A DNA stretch of 64,000 bases from Chloroflexota bacterium (GTDB lineage: Bacteria > Chloroflexota > Dehalococcoidia > UBA2247 > RBG-13-53-26). Of the stretch, positions 1 through 10,673 are shown piece by piece. The notes under the pieces were generated by a model that searched no databases, had not been told where the DNA came from, and saw only the letters and a program-made list of their open reading frames with translations. Each line of letters opens with the position of its first letter. Position 1 is the first letter of the stretch. The position numbers were made by a program, and so were the translations under genes. The stretch is from assembly GCA_003551705.1 (NCBI GenBank), contig PUNJ01000020.1, positions 17,128 to 81,127 on the forward strand, in the 5' to 3' direction.

Positions 1-421
1 GCAAGTATCTAGTCGAGTTGCATGGCGGGCGCATATGGGTCAAGAGCCGGAAGGGCCGGGGCAGCACCTTCGGTTTTTCCGTACCCATAGACGGCAAACC
101 TTCCCCCCAAGGTGACCAGGGACGCAACCCGGCAAGCCGCGCCAAAGGTTAGTTCACAACATCTCCAGTGCACCCCCACAGACAGCCGCCCAGGCAAGCT
201 TCTCTTAACGAGTGTAACCCCAGCTTAAGCAGTTCGCAAAATCCGTAATCGTTTCACAATCTGATTTAACCATTATCTGTAACTACAGTTCGATAGTATT
301 GTCCTAAAGCCTAACCACGCCTACCATGGACAAAAAGCCAGGCAAGGAGGTGAAGGGTGCTTTCGGTATGAATCAGGGTGTAACTCCGCAGTCAGGCAAA
401 GCAAATTAGAGGAGGAATAAG

Positions 422-1402
422 ATGCCTTTGCGAAAAAGAAGAGTTCTATCTTTCTTGCTCGTCATCCTGGCCGTCAGCGTTCTGCTCGTGGCCAGTGTTC
501 CCGTACTGGCGGGCAACACGCTTTCCTATCTTTATGTTGCCATAAACCCGTCCGGGCAGATGAGCGTTGTGGATGGCCCCGACGACTTGCGCGGCAACCA
601 GACGCTGGCCATTTTGGCCACCAAGGCCCACATAGATGATCTCCTGGACAGGCTGGAAGATCTGAGTGACCGAATCGATGACTTGGATGTAGACCTGGCC
701 GATGCCGTCGCCTCTTTGGAACACGATATTGCCGCCCTGCAGGGACAGGTAAGCACCCTTGAAGACGCCCTGAACGCTGGACTGGCCAATGTACAGAACC
801 AACTGGCGGGGCTCGAAAACGAGATCGAAGACGCGATTGCAGGTATTCAGGGTGAATTAACAGCGCTCGAGGCCGAGATCGAGGCCGCCATCGAGGATTT
901 GGACGAGCGCATCGGGCTGCTTGAGACGATTGTAACTGCCTTGGAAGACCGAATGACGGACCTGGAAACGGCCAACGCTGCTTTGCAGGCCGATATGACT
1001 GCCATGGAGGCCGATATGGCCGCCCTGCAAGATAGCCTGGCCACCATGCAAACAATGCTCGATGTGGTGTTCCCGGCTCCGTTGGCAGAAATCACAATCC
1101 CTGAAGACGGTGACGTCCTATCCGGAAAGGTCACCTTCGAAGGCATCGCTTACAGCCCCTATATCGATTATTGGTTTATGCAGTGGGTGGGCGTGCGAGT
1201 TGTGTCCATAACTAACGGTAGCGAAAATGTCGGCGAACCCGGGGAACCCGGAGTATTCAGACTCAATTACGACATTGATTACTGGCTGGATCTAGACGGC
1301 TGGCTCGAGCCAGGGGCTTGGACCATCCAGCTTTACGTCTATGACCTGGCGGGAAGGCGAACCCTGACGGAAATCCCGGTAACAATCGCCGCATCCGACT
1401 AG
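422..1402 (+). CDS. secreted coiled-coil repeat protein (signal peptide, acidic A/L/D/E-rich repeats, C-terminal beta-rich domain)
   Basis: ATG with GAGGAGG SD 7 nt upstream. N-terminal RKRR plus hydrophobic segment ending VPVLAG. About 200 aa of repeats such as DLxxRIDDLDVDL and ALEAEIEAAIEDL. Hairpin terminator immediately downstream. Confidence 0.6.
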   Translation: MPLRKRRVLSFLLVILAVSVLLVASVPVLAGNTLSYLYVAINPSGQMSVVDGPDDLRGNQTLAILATKAHIDDLLDRLEDLSDRIDDLDVDLADAVASLEHDIAALQGQVSTLEDALNAGLANVQNQLAGLENEIEDAIAGIQGELTALEAEIEAAIEDLDERIGLLETIVTALEDRMTDLETANAALQADMTAMEADMAALQDSLATMQTMLDVVFPAPLAEITIPEDGDVLSGKVTFEGIAYSPYIDYWFMQWVGVRVVSITNGSENVGEPGEPGVFRLNYDIDYWLDLDGWLEPGAWTIQLYVYDLAGRRTLTEIPVTIAASD

Positions 1403-1432
1403 CTGACATCAGACTCCGTACCAAAACCCAAT

Positions 1433-1465
1433 GGGAGCTGCCCACAACGGGCAGCTCCCTTTCTG
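1433..1465 (+). terminator. rho-independent terminator (GGGAGCTGCCC-ACAAC-GGGCAGCTCCC + TTTCTG)
   Basis: 11-bp perfect stem, 5-nt loop, followed by a T-rich tract; located 30 nt after the stop of the 422..1402 CDS. Confidence 0.55.
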
Positions 1466-1539
1466 CCTGAACGGGGATCCCAATGCTTGATTTCTGGCAT
1501 AAACTATATGCCGGCACCTCTCTGTAGTAGAATAATAGA

Positions 1540-3441
1540 TTGACTATGTATGACGTGATCGTTGTGGGAGCGGGGCATGCCGGCTGCGAAGCCGCCCTGG
1601 CTTCGGCTCGCCTGCAGTGCCGGACGCTCCTGCTGACCATGAACCTGGATAACGTGGCCCTCATGCCGTGCAATCCCTCCATAGGCGGCCCGGCAAAGGG
1701 GCACGTCGTGCGGGAGATCGATGCCCTGGGCGGAGAAATGGCCCGCAACATCGACCGCACTTTCATTCAAGTCCGCATGCTCAATACAGGCAAGGGACCG
1801 GCAGTCCAGGCGTTGCGGGCACAGGCGGACAAGAAGCTCTATAGCCTGTCCATGAAACAGACCCTGGAAGACCAGCCCAATCTGGAAATCAAGCAAGCCC
1901 TGGTCGAAGAAATAGGGATCGTGGCCGCGCAAAACGGCCACTCGCCGCAGGGACTATGGATAAGAACGGACTCGGGCACGGCATATGAAGGAAAGACAAT
2001 CATTCTCACCACGGGGACATCCCTGGCCGGACGTATCATAATCGGGGATTCCAGTTACCCCGCCGGCAGGTCGGGGGAGCCCGCAGCCACCCGCCTGTCA
2101 CAGAGTCTGCGTCGTCTCGGCTTTCACCTGGGACGCCTGAAGACGGGCACGCCACCCCGGCTGGATGCGGCATCCATCGACTACAATCACACCATACTGC
2201 AGCCCGGGAGCGATTCCCCGCAATATTTCAGCTTCGAAGTAAACGGGACCGGGGAGCTTGAGTTTCCTCCGCCCAACCCCGTCTATCCCGACTTCATGCC
2301 GGGTGGCTGGCGGCCCCAGCTTCCTTGCTACCAGGTCTACACCAACGACCAAACCCATGATTTGATACGGAGTAACCTGCACCGCGCCCCGCTCTTCACG
2401 GGTTCCATAACCGGGATAGGGCCTCGATACTGCCCCTCCATAGAGGACAAGATCGTCAGGTTCGCCCAGAACCCGGCCCATCCGCTGTTCCTGGAACCGG
2501 AAGGTTGGGAGACAAACGAGGTATATGTGCAGGGCGCCAATACCAGCCTGCCGGAGGAGGTGCAACTGGCCATGGTCCGGTCCATCCCGGCTCTGGCAAA
2601 GGCTAGGATGCTGCGCCCAGGCTACGCCATAGAGTACGATTACGTGCCGCCCTCGCAAATCCACGCCTCCCTTGAGGCCAAGCTGGTCCCCGGACTGTTC
2701 CTGGCAGGCCAGATCAACGGCACCACGGGATATGAGGAGGCCGCCGGTCAAGGCCTGATAGCAGGCATAAACGCCGCCTGCCAGGTGAAGGGTCTGCCGC
2801 CTGTGGTGCTGCGGCGTGATCAGGCCTACATAGGAGTGATGATCGATGACCTGGTCACCCGGGAACTAACGGAGCCGTACCGACTGCTCACCTCCCGGGC
2901 CGAGTTTCGCCTGCTCTTGCGGCAGGACAACGCCGACCTGCGGCTGACCCCTACCGGCTATCAACTGGGTCTGATTCCCAGGGACAGGTACGGTTCGGTG
3001 GAAACCAGGAGAGAGCAAATCGACGCCGAAATAGAGCGTCTCGGCAAGACCTATTTCCGGCCCGCCGACGAGAGGAGCGCACTTTCCGCTCTTGAGTTCC
3101 TGCGCAGGACCGAGGTGAGATACGATACCCTGCTGGCCCTGGGCCATGGTTGTCAAGATCTTTCCCCCGAGACCCTGAACCAGGTTGAAATCGAAGCCAA
3201 GTACTGGGGATACATAAGAAAACAGCGCCGTGAAGTGGAAAGAATGCGCCGCCTGGAAGAGTCCCGCATCTCATCCAGAATAGACTATGATGCCATAACG
3301 GGTCTGCGCTATGAGGCCTCTCACAAACTGAAAAAGCTGCAACCGGCGACCCTCGGCCAGGCATCGCGCATCGATGGCGTAACTCCAGCAGATATGGCCA
3401 TCCTGATGGTACACATGGGGAGACTGAGACGAAGATCCTGA
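1540..3441 (+). CDS. mnmG: tRNA uridine-5-carboxymethylaminomethyl modification enzyme MnmG (GidA)
   Basis: 633 aa. N-terminal FAD-binding [16 protein letters not shown]. Length and overall motif pattern typical of MnmG. Confidence 0.9.
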   Translation: MTMYDVIVVGAGHAGCEAALASARLQCRTLLLTMNLDNVALMPCNPSIGGPAKGHVVREIDALGGEMARNIDRTFIQVRMLNTGKGPAVQALRAQADKKLYSLSMKQTLEDQPNLEIKQALVEEIGIVAAQNGHSPQGLWIRTDSGTAYEGKTIILTTGTSLAGRIIIGDSSYPAGRSGEPAATRLSQSLRRLGFHLGRLKTGTPPRLDAASIDYNHTILQPGSDSPQYFSFEVNGTGELEFPPPNPVYPDFMPGGWRPQLPCYQVYTNDQTHDLIRSNLHRAPLFTGSITGIGPRYCPSIEDKIVRFAQNPAHPLFLEPEGWETNEVYVQGANTSLPEEVQLAMVRSIPALAKARMLRPGYAIEYDYVPPSQIHASLEAKLVPGLFLAGQINGTTGYEEAAGQGLIAGINAACQVKGLPPVVLRRDQAYIGVMIDDLVTRELTEPYRLLTSRAEFRLLLRQDNADLRLTPTGYQLGLIPRDRYGSVETRREQIDAEIERLGKTYFRPADERSALSALEFLRRTEVRYDTLLALGHGCQDLSPETLNQVEIEAKYWGYIRKQRREVERMRRLEESRISSRIDYDAITGLRYEASHKLKKLQPATLGQASRIDGVTPADMAILMVHMGRLRRRS

Positions 3442-3476
3442 AGCAGCATGCAGACCTAGCCCTGCTAAACGCCAGG

Positions 3477-4997
3477 GTGATAACCTTGGACCCAGATAGA
3501 CCGGTCGCCGGAGCGGTGGCCGTAAAAAGCGGCCTCATCCAGCTGGCCGGCGATGCGCACCAGGTAAGGGAGCTCTGCTCCCGTTCAACACGGACCATAG
3601 ACTGCCAGGGCGCTACAGTGGTACCCGGCTTCAATGACGCCCACTGCCATCCACTGGCCCTGGCTTCGAACTTGTTGAGTGTCGACTGCAGTCCGGCATC
3701 CGTACAAGACATAGCCGGTATCCAGGAAAAGATCAGCCTGCATGCCAGGGATTTGCCCCAGGGGCGATGGATCAAGGCCACCGGCTACAACGAGTTCTAC
3801 CTGGCGGAGAAGCGTCACCCAAACCGGTGGGACCTGGACAAGGCGGCACCTCACCACAAGGTCAGACTCACCCACAGGTCCGGCCACGCCTGCGTGCTGA
3901 ACAGCCTGGCCATGGAAGCCCTGGGTATAGGCATGGAAACCCCCGAACCCCCGGGCGGCATAATAGAGCGAGACCTTGACAGCGGCAAACCCAACGGCCT
4001 GCTGTTCGAGATGAATAGTATCGTGGACCAACACATACCACCCTGGTCCAAAGAGGAAATCGAGACCGGCCTGCGACTGGCCGGCGAGCATTTCCTGTCC
4101 CGCGGCGTAACCAGCCTCACCGATGCTACCTGGACGGATACAGTGGCGCGCTGGCACCTGCTGCGAGAGGCCCGGGCACGAGATTTTTTCAGGCCCAAGG
4201 TGACGCTCATGACCGGGGTTGACGACCTTCCCTTCTTTTCGCACAAACGACTGCTCACCGGCGACGCACTTGGCAAGGCTAACAGCGGTATCCGGCTGGG
4301 CGGGGTCAAGATCGTCCTTGGCACGGCTACAGGGACCCTGAGTCCGCCCCAGCAAGAACTGAACAGCCTTCTCTATCGCATCCACGAAGCCGGTTATCAG
4401 GTGTGCGTTCATGCCGTGGAGCAGGACGAGGTTGAGGCTGCAGTCAACGCCCTTGAGTACGTCTTACTCCAAAGCCCCAGGCACGATCACCGGCATAGAA
4501 TCGAGCACTGTTCAGTTTGCCCGCCTGCGCTGATGCAACGCATTGCGACCCTCGAACTGTTGGTGGTTTCTCAGCCGTCCTTCGTCTACTATAGCGGTGA
4601 GCGCTACCTGAACACCGTTCCGGCTGCTGACATCGCTTTCCTCTATCCCTTCCGTTCGCTGCTCAACAAGGGGGTAAAACTTGCAGCAGGTTCAGACACA
4701 CCGGTGGTCCCGCTGGACCCTATGGCAGCCATGTACGCCGCTATTACAAGGTCTACGGAGTCAGGCCATGTACTATCCGGCGACCAGGGAATATCGGCAT
4801 TGGCCACCCTCGAAATGCACACCACGGCACCGGCCCATGCCGCTTTTGAGGAAAGGCACAAGGGACGCATAGCTGCAGGAATGACGGCCGACCTGGCACT
4901 CCTCAGTGCTGACCCAACGCAACCGGACCATGGGCAATTGAAGGATATTAGAGTTTTGATGACAATTCTCGACGGAAAGGTGGTATGGAAAGCATGA
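3477..4997 (+). CDS. metal-dependent amidohydrolase (amidohydrolase-3 family)
   Basis: 506 aa, GTG start. GFNDAHCHP metal-binding HxH motif near the N-terminus. C-terminal region typical of amidohydrolase 3. Confidence 0.7.
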   Translation: MITLDPDRPVAGAVAVKSGLIQLAGDAHQVRELCSRSTRTIDCQGATVVPGFNDAHCHPLALASNLLSVDCSPASVQDIAGIQEKISLHARDLPQGRWIKATGYNEFYLAEKRHPNRWDLDKAAPHHKVRLTHRSGHACVLNSLAMEALGIGMETPEPPGGIIERDLDSGKPNGLLFEMNSIVDQHIPPWSKEEIETGLRLAGEHFLSRGVTSLTDATWTDTVARWHLLREARARDFFRPKVTLMTGVDDLPFFSHKRLLTGDALGKANSGIRLGGVKIVLGTATGTLSPPQQELNSLLYRIHEAGYQVCVHAVEQDEVEAAVNALEYVLLQSPRHDHRHRIEHCSVCPPALMQRIATLELLVVSQPSFVYYSGERYLNTVPAADIAFLYPFRSLLNKGVKLAAGSDTPVVPLDPMAAMYAAITRSTESGHVLSGDQGISALATLEMHTTAPAHAAFEERHKGRIAAGMTADLALLSADPTQPDHGQLKDIRVLMTILDGKVVWKA

Positions 4998-6328
4998 ATC
5001 AATCACAGGTCATGGACTTTCCGTCAACTGTCGATTACGTACTCAGCTTTGCTGACTACGAACGCCTCTCGCGCTCCGCGGTGGTATTCGACCTGGCCAG
5101 GGTCCAGCACCTGCTGGACAGATTGGGCAACCCGCACCTGGGAACACCGTCCGTACACATAGCAGGCACCAAGGGGAAAGGAAGCACAGCGGCAATGATC
5201 GCCAGCATCCTCACCGAATCAGGGTTCCGTACCGGCCTCTATACCTCTCCTCACTTGCTAACGATAAGGGAACGCATACAGATCGACAGCCTTCCCATCA
5301 GCGAAGATAAATTCGCCTCCCTGGTCAACCAGGTAAGACCGCATATCGAAGCGGCCAACGCCTTGTCCGGTCTGGGAGAGTTGACCACGTTCGAGATACT
5401 GACGGCCCTGGCCTTCCTCCATTTCAAGACAAGCGGTGTGGACTACCAGGTGCTGGAAACGGGCCTCGGCGGCAGGCTTGATGCCACCAATGTCATCGTG
5501 CCCGAAGTCTCCGTGATCACCGGGATCAGCTACGATCATATGGAGGTACTGGGGGATACCATCAGCAAAATCGCCACGGAAAAGGCGGGCATCATCAAGC
5601 ACGGTGTCCCGGTCATAAGCGCGCCGCAAGCCCCTGAAGCCGGCGAAACAATTGCCGCAACGTGTTGTGAAAAGGGAGCCGAACTCGTATTAGTTGGGAG
5701 CGATGTCACATGGAAGACCGGAACTTTCGGTACCACCTGCCAGAGCTTCGAAATACGTACCAGGTACTGTAACCATGAACTGGCTCTGCCGCTGTTCGGC
5801 GAATACCAGGTGATAAATGCAGCTTGCGCTGTAGCAGCGGCAGAAACCCTGGCTAGGAAGAACAGTGAGATCGCCGGCCCGACGATAGCAAGGGGGCTGG
5901 CACAGGTCAAATGGCCGGGACGTCTGCAGGTACTGGCCAGGGAACCCCTGTTCCTGGTAGACGGCGCCCATAACGACGACTCCTCCAGGAAGCTGATGCA
6001 AGCCATCCGGCATTACTTCCGGTTCGACGAATTGTGGCTGTTGGTCGGTCTTTCCAGCGAAAAGAACCTGCCTGCCATCATACGAGAACTCGCAAAGGCC
6101 ACGAACAAGGTGATTGTTACCCGGTCTGACCATCCCAGGGCGACCGGGACCGAACTGCTGTTGGCCGAATTTGCCAAACACGGGATTACAGCCGGAGTAG
6201 CAGCTGATACAGGAACCGCCATCAGACTGGCCTATAGCAAAGCTTCACACGACGACGCCATCTGCGCCACCGGTTCACTCTTCATCGTGTCCGAGGTCTT
6301 GCAGCATTTCGCTGCCGAAAGTCTGTGA
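4985..6328 (+). CDS. folC: folylpolyglutamate synthase / dihydrofolate synthase (Mur-ligase family)
   Basis: 447 aa. P-loop GTKGKGST typical of FolC/Mur ligases. 13-nt overlap with the upstream gene. Confidence 0.8.
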   Translation: MESMNQSQVMDFPSTVDYVLSFADYERLSRSAVVFDLARVQHLLDRLGNPHLGTPSVHIAGTKGKGSTAAMIASILTESGFRTGLYTSPHLLTIRERIQIDSLPISEDKFASLVNQVRPHIEAANALSGLGELTTFEILTALAFLHFKTSGVDYQVLETGLGGRLDATNVIVPEVSVITGISYDHMEVLGDTISKIATEKAGIIKHGVPVISAPQAPEAGETIAATCCEKGAELVLVGSDVTWKTGTFGTTCQSFEIRTRYCNHELALPLFGEYQVINAACAVAAAETLARKNSEIAGPTIARGLAQVKWPGRLQVLAREPLFLVDGAHNDDSSRKLMQAIRHYFRFDELWLLVGLSSEKNLPAIIRELAKATNKVIVTRSDHPRATGTELLLAEFAKHGITAGVAADTGTAIRLAYSKASHDDAICATGSLFIVSEVLQHFAAESL

Positions 6329-6580
6329 GGGGAAGGCATGAGTGAACTCTGCCGCGCCCCGGCCAGATTTCTGCTGCACAAGACGTACAGTCAACTTTCA
6401 ACTGTCGCCCGAACCAGGCTTCGTGTTTGACATTCGTGTCAGGCAGACGCTAGAATCTTATCCAACCTTGCTGATACCAGACTTGCCGGCAAGAAAGCAA
6501 GGGAGCTGATTTGGACTTCGCCAAAACCGTTGTTTTCGTCGCCGGTCCGCCGGCAAAAAAATCTACTTGCTGGAGTTGAC

Positions 6581-6820
6581 ATGGCCAAAGGTGAGATAGT
6601 AATCATTGATGTAAACTGTCGCGGCTGCGGTTTCTGCCAGCTTTTCTGCCCCAAGGACTGCATCACCATAACAGGGGACAGGTTCAGCCCGCTTGGTTAT
6701 CTTCTGCCCACCTTCACGAATCAGGACCAATGCAATGCCTGCGGAATATGTGCTTGGATGTGCCCTCACCTGGCCATTGATGTATACCGTTACGCAGGTA
6801 AAGGAGCAGCCAAATCATGA
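6581..6820 (+). CDS. 2x[4Fe-4S] ferredoxin, delta subunit of a 2-oxoacid:ferredoxin oxidoreductase
   Basis: Two CxxCxxCxxxCP motifs (CRGCGFCQLFCP, CNACGICAWMCP). Start moved to internal ATG (M18 of the ORF) which has a TGGAG SD. Lies immediately upstream of the alpha/beta/gamma genes. Confidence 0.7.
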   Translation: MAKGEIVIIDVNCRGCGFCQLFCPKDCITITGDRFSPLGYLLPTFTNQDQCNACGICAWMCPHLAIDVYRYAGKGAAKS

Positions 6821-6970
6821 AATTGGCTGTTCTCGCTGAGTTCTAGATGAACAGGGAGAAAGGCATGGAAAACAGACAACGTCGCCAGCGCCGTTCACCC
6901 GCAGTTAATGCTTTCACCTCTGCGCCGGCATAAAGCATGCCGGCGCAACGACAAACGAGAGGAGTGACGT

Positions 6971-8065
6971 ATGCAAAATAGAACACTTATCCAGGGAAAC
7001 GTCGCTGTGGGCTGGGGAGCGCTAAATGCCGGCTGCGACGGCTTCTTCGGCTATCCGATCACACCCCAGAATGAGATCCCTGAATGGTTTGCCAGCGAAT
7101 TTCCCAAGCGCGGCCGCGTCTTCGTACAGACTCAGTCCGAGACCGGGGCTATAATGATGCTCTACGGTGGCGCAGCAGCTGGATTCCGCGTCATGACATC
7201 CACTTCCAGCCCCGGCTGGGGCCTGATACAGGAAGGCATGTCTCATCTGGCAACAGCCGAATTACCCTGTGTGATCGTTCTTGTGCAAAGGGGCGGTCCT
7301 GGACAAGGAAGCATCAGGCATGCCCAGATGGACTATCTGGCCGTGACGAGGACAGGCGGCGGGGGCGGCTACAAGAACATAGTCCTGGCACCTGCAACCG
7401 TGCAGGAAATCCACGATATGATGCAACTTTCTTTTCACCTGGCGGACAAATACTCCAACCCGGTCATTCTGCTTTCCGATGGGGTCTTGGGGCTGGTAGC
7501 CGAGACCCTGGAAATCCGGACCCTGCAGTTCGAACCCTTGCCAGAAAAAACCTGGGCAGCCAGGGGCAGAGACCGGCAAGGGGACAAGACGAGACGCTTT
7601 ATTCATACTTATCCCAGTGGTGCACCGCCGCCGCGCAGCTGTCCCAACTATGTTTCATGGCTGGGACACCTGGGAGAGAAGTATCAGGATATCATTGATA
7701 ACGAAGTGAGGTGTGAAGAGTATCTTTGCGACGATGCCGAACTGGTAGTAGTCGCCTACGGATATCCATCACGCGTCTGTAAGGAGGCCATTAACACGGC
7801 AAGGGCGGAGGGAATGAGGGTCGGGCTCACCCGTCCAATTACGCTGTGGCCCTTCCCTTACGAGACTCTGCGCAAGAAGGTCAATCACGGTTGTCGATTC
7901 CTGGTAGTCGAAGACAGCCTGGGCCAGATGATAGAAGATGTGCATCTGGCAGTACAGGGCAGAACCAGCATAGACTTCATAGGACTGCTGGACAGGCACC
8001 TGCCGACTGACGGGGGGATGATTCTCCCGGGCAGAGTCCTGCAGGAGATTCGGAGGCTAGCATGA
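6971..8065 (+). CDS. 2-oxoacid:ferredoxin oxidoreductase alpha subunit (KorA/VorA/PorA-like)
   Basis: 364 aa with the N-terminal domain pattern of OFOR alpha subunits. GAGGAG SD upstream. Operon with delta/beta/gamma genes. Confidence 0.8.
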   Translation: MQNRTLIQGNVAVGWGALNAGCDGFFGYPITPQNEIPEWFASEFPKRGRVFVQTQSETGAIMMLYGGAAAGFRVMTSTSSPGWGLIQEGMSHLATAELPCVIVLVQRGGPGQGSIRHAQMDYLAVTRTGGGGGYKNIVLAPATVQEIHDMMQLSFHLADKYSNPVILLSDGVLGLVAETLEIRTLQFEPLPEKTWAARGRDRQGDKTRRFIHTYPSGAPPPRSCPNYVSWLGHLGEKYQDIIDNEVRCEEYLCDDAELVVVAYGYPSRVCKEAINTARAEGMRVGLTRPITLWPFPYETLRKKVNHGCRFLVVEDSLGQMIEDVHLAVQGRTSIDFIGLLDRHLPTDGGMILPGRVLQEIRRLA

Positions 8066-8847
8066 CCAGAGAGACTCAAAACAAGGTCAAGGTTACAGCA
8101 CTTGACAGGATTCTATTCATGCCGGTGCCTGGGTGTCCCGGCTGCCAGCACGGCACCATAGGGCGCATCATCGCCGAGGTCCTTGAAGAGCTTGAGCTGG
8201 ACGGCACCGCCATAGAAGTCATTGGTATCGGTTGTAACTCGGGTGTAGCCATGCTGAATGTGGATGTCGTTCAGGGCTCACACGGCGGAGCCCCTGATAC
8301 GGCCACCGCCATCAAGCGGCTTTCTCCAGATAGCTTCGTATATACTGTGCAGGGCGACGGGGACTGCATAGCCATTGGAGCAGGCTCGTTTATCGGCGCG
8401 CTGACGCGTGGTGAATTGATAACCATCATCATGTGCAACAACGCAAACTACGGCACCACGGGCGGCCAGCTGGCACCCACCACTCTAAGCGGACAGGTAA
8501 CCACTACAACACCGGAGGGTCGAAATCCTGCCGTTAGCGGCCACCCCGTGCACGTTGCAGAGTTGGCAGCAACCTTTAAGAGCGTAGCTTACAGCGCTCG
8601 TGGAGCCCTCACGAGCCCTGCCGAGTACCGCCGGACCAAGAAGTATGTTAAGAAGGCCTTTCAGAAGCAGCTGGACAAGATCGGACTTGGCTACGTAGAG
8701 ATTTTATCAGCCTGTCCGGCCAACTGGCATCTCACCCCGGTCGATTCCATTAAGTGGATGGAGGAGCATATGATACCCGAATTCCCTCTGGGTGAATTCA
8801 AGGACAGTGACGGCAAGAGAAACCTTCCCCGGGACAAACAGGAGTAA
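8062..8847 (+). CDS. 2-oxoacid:ferredoxin oxidoreductase beta subunit (TPP-binding)
   Basis: 261 aa. CPGCQHG motif characteristic of OFOR beta. TPP-binding GDG region. Start overlaps the alpha-subunit stop. Confidence 0.8.
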   Translation: MTRETQNKVKVTALDRILFMPVPGCPGCQHGTIGRIIAEVLEELELDGTAIEVIGIGCNSGVAMLNVDVVQGSHGGAPDTATAIKRLSPDSFVYTVQGDGDCIAIGAGSFIGALTRGELITIIMCNNANYGTTGGQLAPTTLSGQVTTTTPEGRNPAVSGHPVHVAELAATFKSVAYSARGALTSPAEYRRTKKYVKKAFQKQLDKIGLGYVEILSACPANWHLTPVDSIKWMEEHMIPEFPLGEFKDSDGKRNLPRDKQE

Positions 8848-8849
8848 TC

Positions 8850-9413
8850 ATGGAAACTAGATCGCCTTCAAGAGTAGAGTTGATCATTGTCGGCATAGGC
8901 GGCATGGGCGTCCTGGTAGCCGGACGCTTACTGGCCACCGCGGGACTCCGGGCATACGAACACGCCTCGTGGATGCCCACATATGCGGAGTCCAGGCGGG
9001 GCGGCCTGTCCGAGTGCACAGTCATTCTGTCCAATGACCCGATTGCCTCCCCAATTCTCGACCAGTCGCAGTCCATAATGTTGCTGGACAGCTCCCAAAT
9101 GAAGTCTTTTGAGTACAGGGTACGACCAGGAGGTACGATCGTCGCCGAGAAAGCAAGTCTGTTCGATGATTTGAGCAGGGATGACATAAGACTCATGCCC
9201 ATATCCGGTCTTGAAATAGCCATGGGCATCGGCGGCGTGGTGGCCAATAATCTGATCCTCCTCGGAGCCTACATGGAGCTTGTCATGCCTCTGCCCATCC
9301 AGTTGATAACTGATGAGCTTGAGGAGCAGTACCGAGGCAAGGATGCTGTTTTGAAACGGAACCTGGATGCTTTTCGCAAGGGCATGGAGCTGGGAGCGGC
9401 TCTCAAGGTCTAG
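8850..9413 (+). CDS. 2-oxoacid:ferredoxin oxidoreductase gamma subunit
   Basis: 187 aa. GIGGMGVLVAG glycine-rich motif typical of OFOR gamma. GGAG SD upstream. Confidence 0.75.
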   Translation: METRSPSRVELIIVGIGGMGVLVAGRLLATAGLRAYEHASWMPTYAESRRGGLSECTVILSNDPIASPILDQSQSIMLLDSSQMKSFEYRVRPGGTIVAEKASLFDDLSRDDIRLMPISGLEIAMGIGGVVANNLILLGAYMELVMPLPIQLITDELEEQYRGKDAVLKRNLDAFRKGMELGAALKV

Positions 9414-9423
9414 GAAACGAGTC

Positions 9424-10458
9424 ATGACGTTCAAGGTAGTACAGGTAATGGACCAGCCCGGGTCTGCTCTGCCAGACTACGGTTTGATGATTGCCGCTGA
9501 GGGCATCGACGTTGAATTCAGCAAGACCGATTGCCAGAGCGAGGATGCCATAATCTCCGCGGCCGCTGGTGCCGATGTCATCATAACCGCGGCTACCCGC
9601 CAACCCATCACACGGCGAGTTATCCAGGAGTTGCCCCAGATCAGGTTCATCATGAGCATGGGCATCGGCTATGACCACATTGATATAGAGACCGCCTCGG
9701 AACACGGCGTACTGGTGGCCAACGTGCCCGACTACTGCCTGGAGGAAATGTCCGACCACGTGATGGCCTTGATCCTGGCCTTGACAAGGAAGGTGATCAA
9801 GCTGGACAGCATGGTCAAGGCAGGCGGTTGGAAACAGGAGCCGGAGCCCGAGATGCAGCAAAAGGTCTGGCCCACAATGTCCCGTTTGCGGGGACAAACA
9901 TTGGGCCTGATTGGGCTGGGCAGGGTACCTCGCACCCTGTTGCCGAAAGCAAAGGGTTTCGGCATGCAGATTGTCGCCTATGATCCGTACCTTGCTTCGG
10001 AGATGTTTGCGTCCCTCGGCGTAGAGAAGGTAGAACTGGACGATCTTCTCGCACAGTCCGACGTCGTTTCCCTCCATGCAGCCCTGACCGATCAGACCAG
10101 GCACATGCTGGGTGCGGACCAGTTCAATCAGATGAAGGCCTCTGCTTATTTGGTTAATACAGCCCGGGGCCCGCTTGTGGACCATGAAGCTCTATGTGAT
10201 GCACTGACTGCAAACAAGCTGGCCGGAGCTGCACTTGATGTCACTGAACCAGAGCCTATCAATCCTGGCAGCCCACTGCTCAAAATGGAGAACGTCATCA
10301 TCACGGCGCATGCAGCACATGCCTCCATACCGGCCTTTATTGACCTCTTGCAACGGCCGGGACAGGAAGTGGCCCGGGTCTTGCAGGGCGACTGGCCCGT
10401 CGGGCTGGTGAACCCGGGAGCCAGGGATAAGTACTTACAGAGGTTCCGGCAGGGCTGA
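9424..10458 (+). CDS. D-isomer-specific 2-hydroxyacid dehydrogenase (NAD-binding)
   Basis: GLIGLGRVPRTL Rossmann motif plus catalytic R/E/H pattern of the D-2-HADH family. Start set at internal ATG (M20 of the ORF), which avoids overlap with the gamma-subunit gene. Confidence 0.8.
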   Translation: MTFKVVQVMDQPGSALPDYGLMIAAEGIDVEFSKTDCQSEDAIISAAAGADVIITAATRQPITRRVIQELPQIRFIMSMGIGYDHIDIETASEHGVLVANVPDYCLEEMSDHVMALILALTRKVIKLDSMVKAGGWKQEPEPEMQQKVWPTMSRLRGQTLGLIGLGRVPRTLLPKAKGFGMQIVAYDPYLASEMFASLGVEKVELDDLLAQSDVVSLHAALTDQTRHMLGADQFNQMKASAYLVNTARGPLVDHEALCDALTANKLAGAALDVTEPEPINPGSPLLKMENVIITAHAAHASIPAFIDLLQRPGQEVARVLQGDWPVGLVNPGARDKYLQRFRQG

Positions 10459-10585
10459 GCCGGGCACAAAGTCCAAGTTCCAAGATCGAAGGTGCTCAAC
10501 AGTGTCTCCGCGGTGTTATAGCGCCATTCTTGGTCTGGAATGGGAGCGGCAACATTGGGCCGGGCCCACCCTACAGCTATATAGG

Positions 10586-10613
10586 AAACCGGGCCCAGAA
10601 TCAGGCCCGGTTT
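10586..10613. terminator. bidirectional hairpin terminator between convergent genes (AAACCGGGCC-loop-GGCCCGGTTT)
   Basis: 10-bp stem flanked by A-tract on one side and T-tract on the other. Lies between the + strand dehydrogenase gene and the - strand dehydratase operon. Confidence 0.5.
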
Positions 10614-10673
10614 GGTCGATACCTTAATCCCGTCGACTAAAGAACCAAGCTAGCGTCCTGACAGGCGTCTCGC

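Noticed and set aside
9-197. 62-aa ORF on the minus strand at the window start
   Set aside because: No SD, lies in an apparently non-coding leader, biased R/G/A composition typical of GC-rich frame shadows.
474-1146. Several 64-193-aa antisense/out-of-frame ORFs overlapping the coiled-coil gene
   Set aside because: Shadow ORFs caused by repetitive GC-rich codons. R/P/S-rich low-complexity translations; no start signals.
2098-4412. Long antisense ORFs inside mnmG and the amidohydrolase gene (e.g. 2098..2751, 2951..3781, 3585..4412)
   Set aside because: Opposite strand of well-supported conserved genes. Translations are low-complexity and lack motifs.
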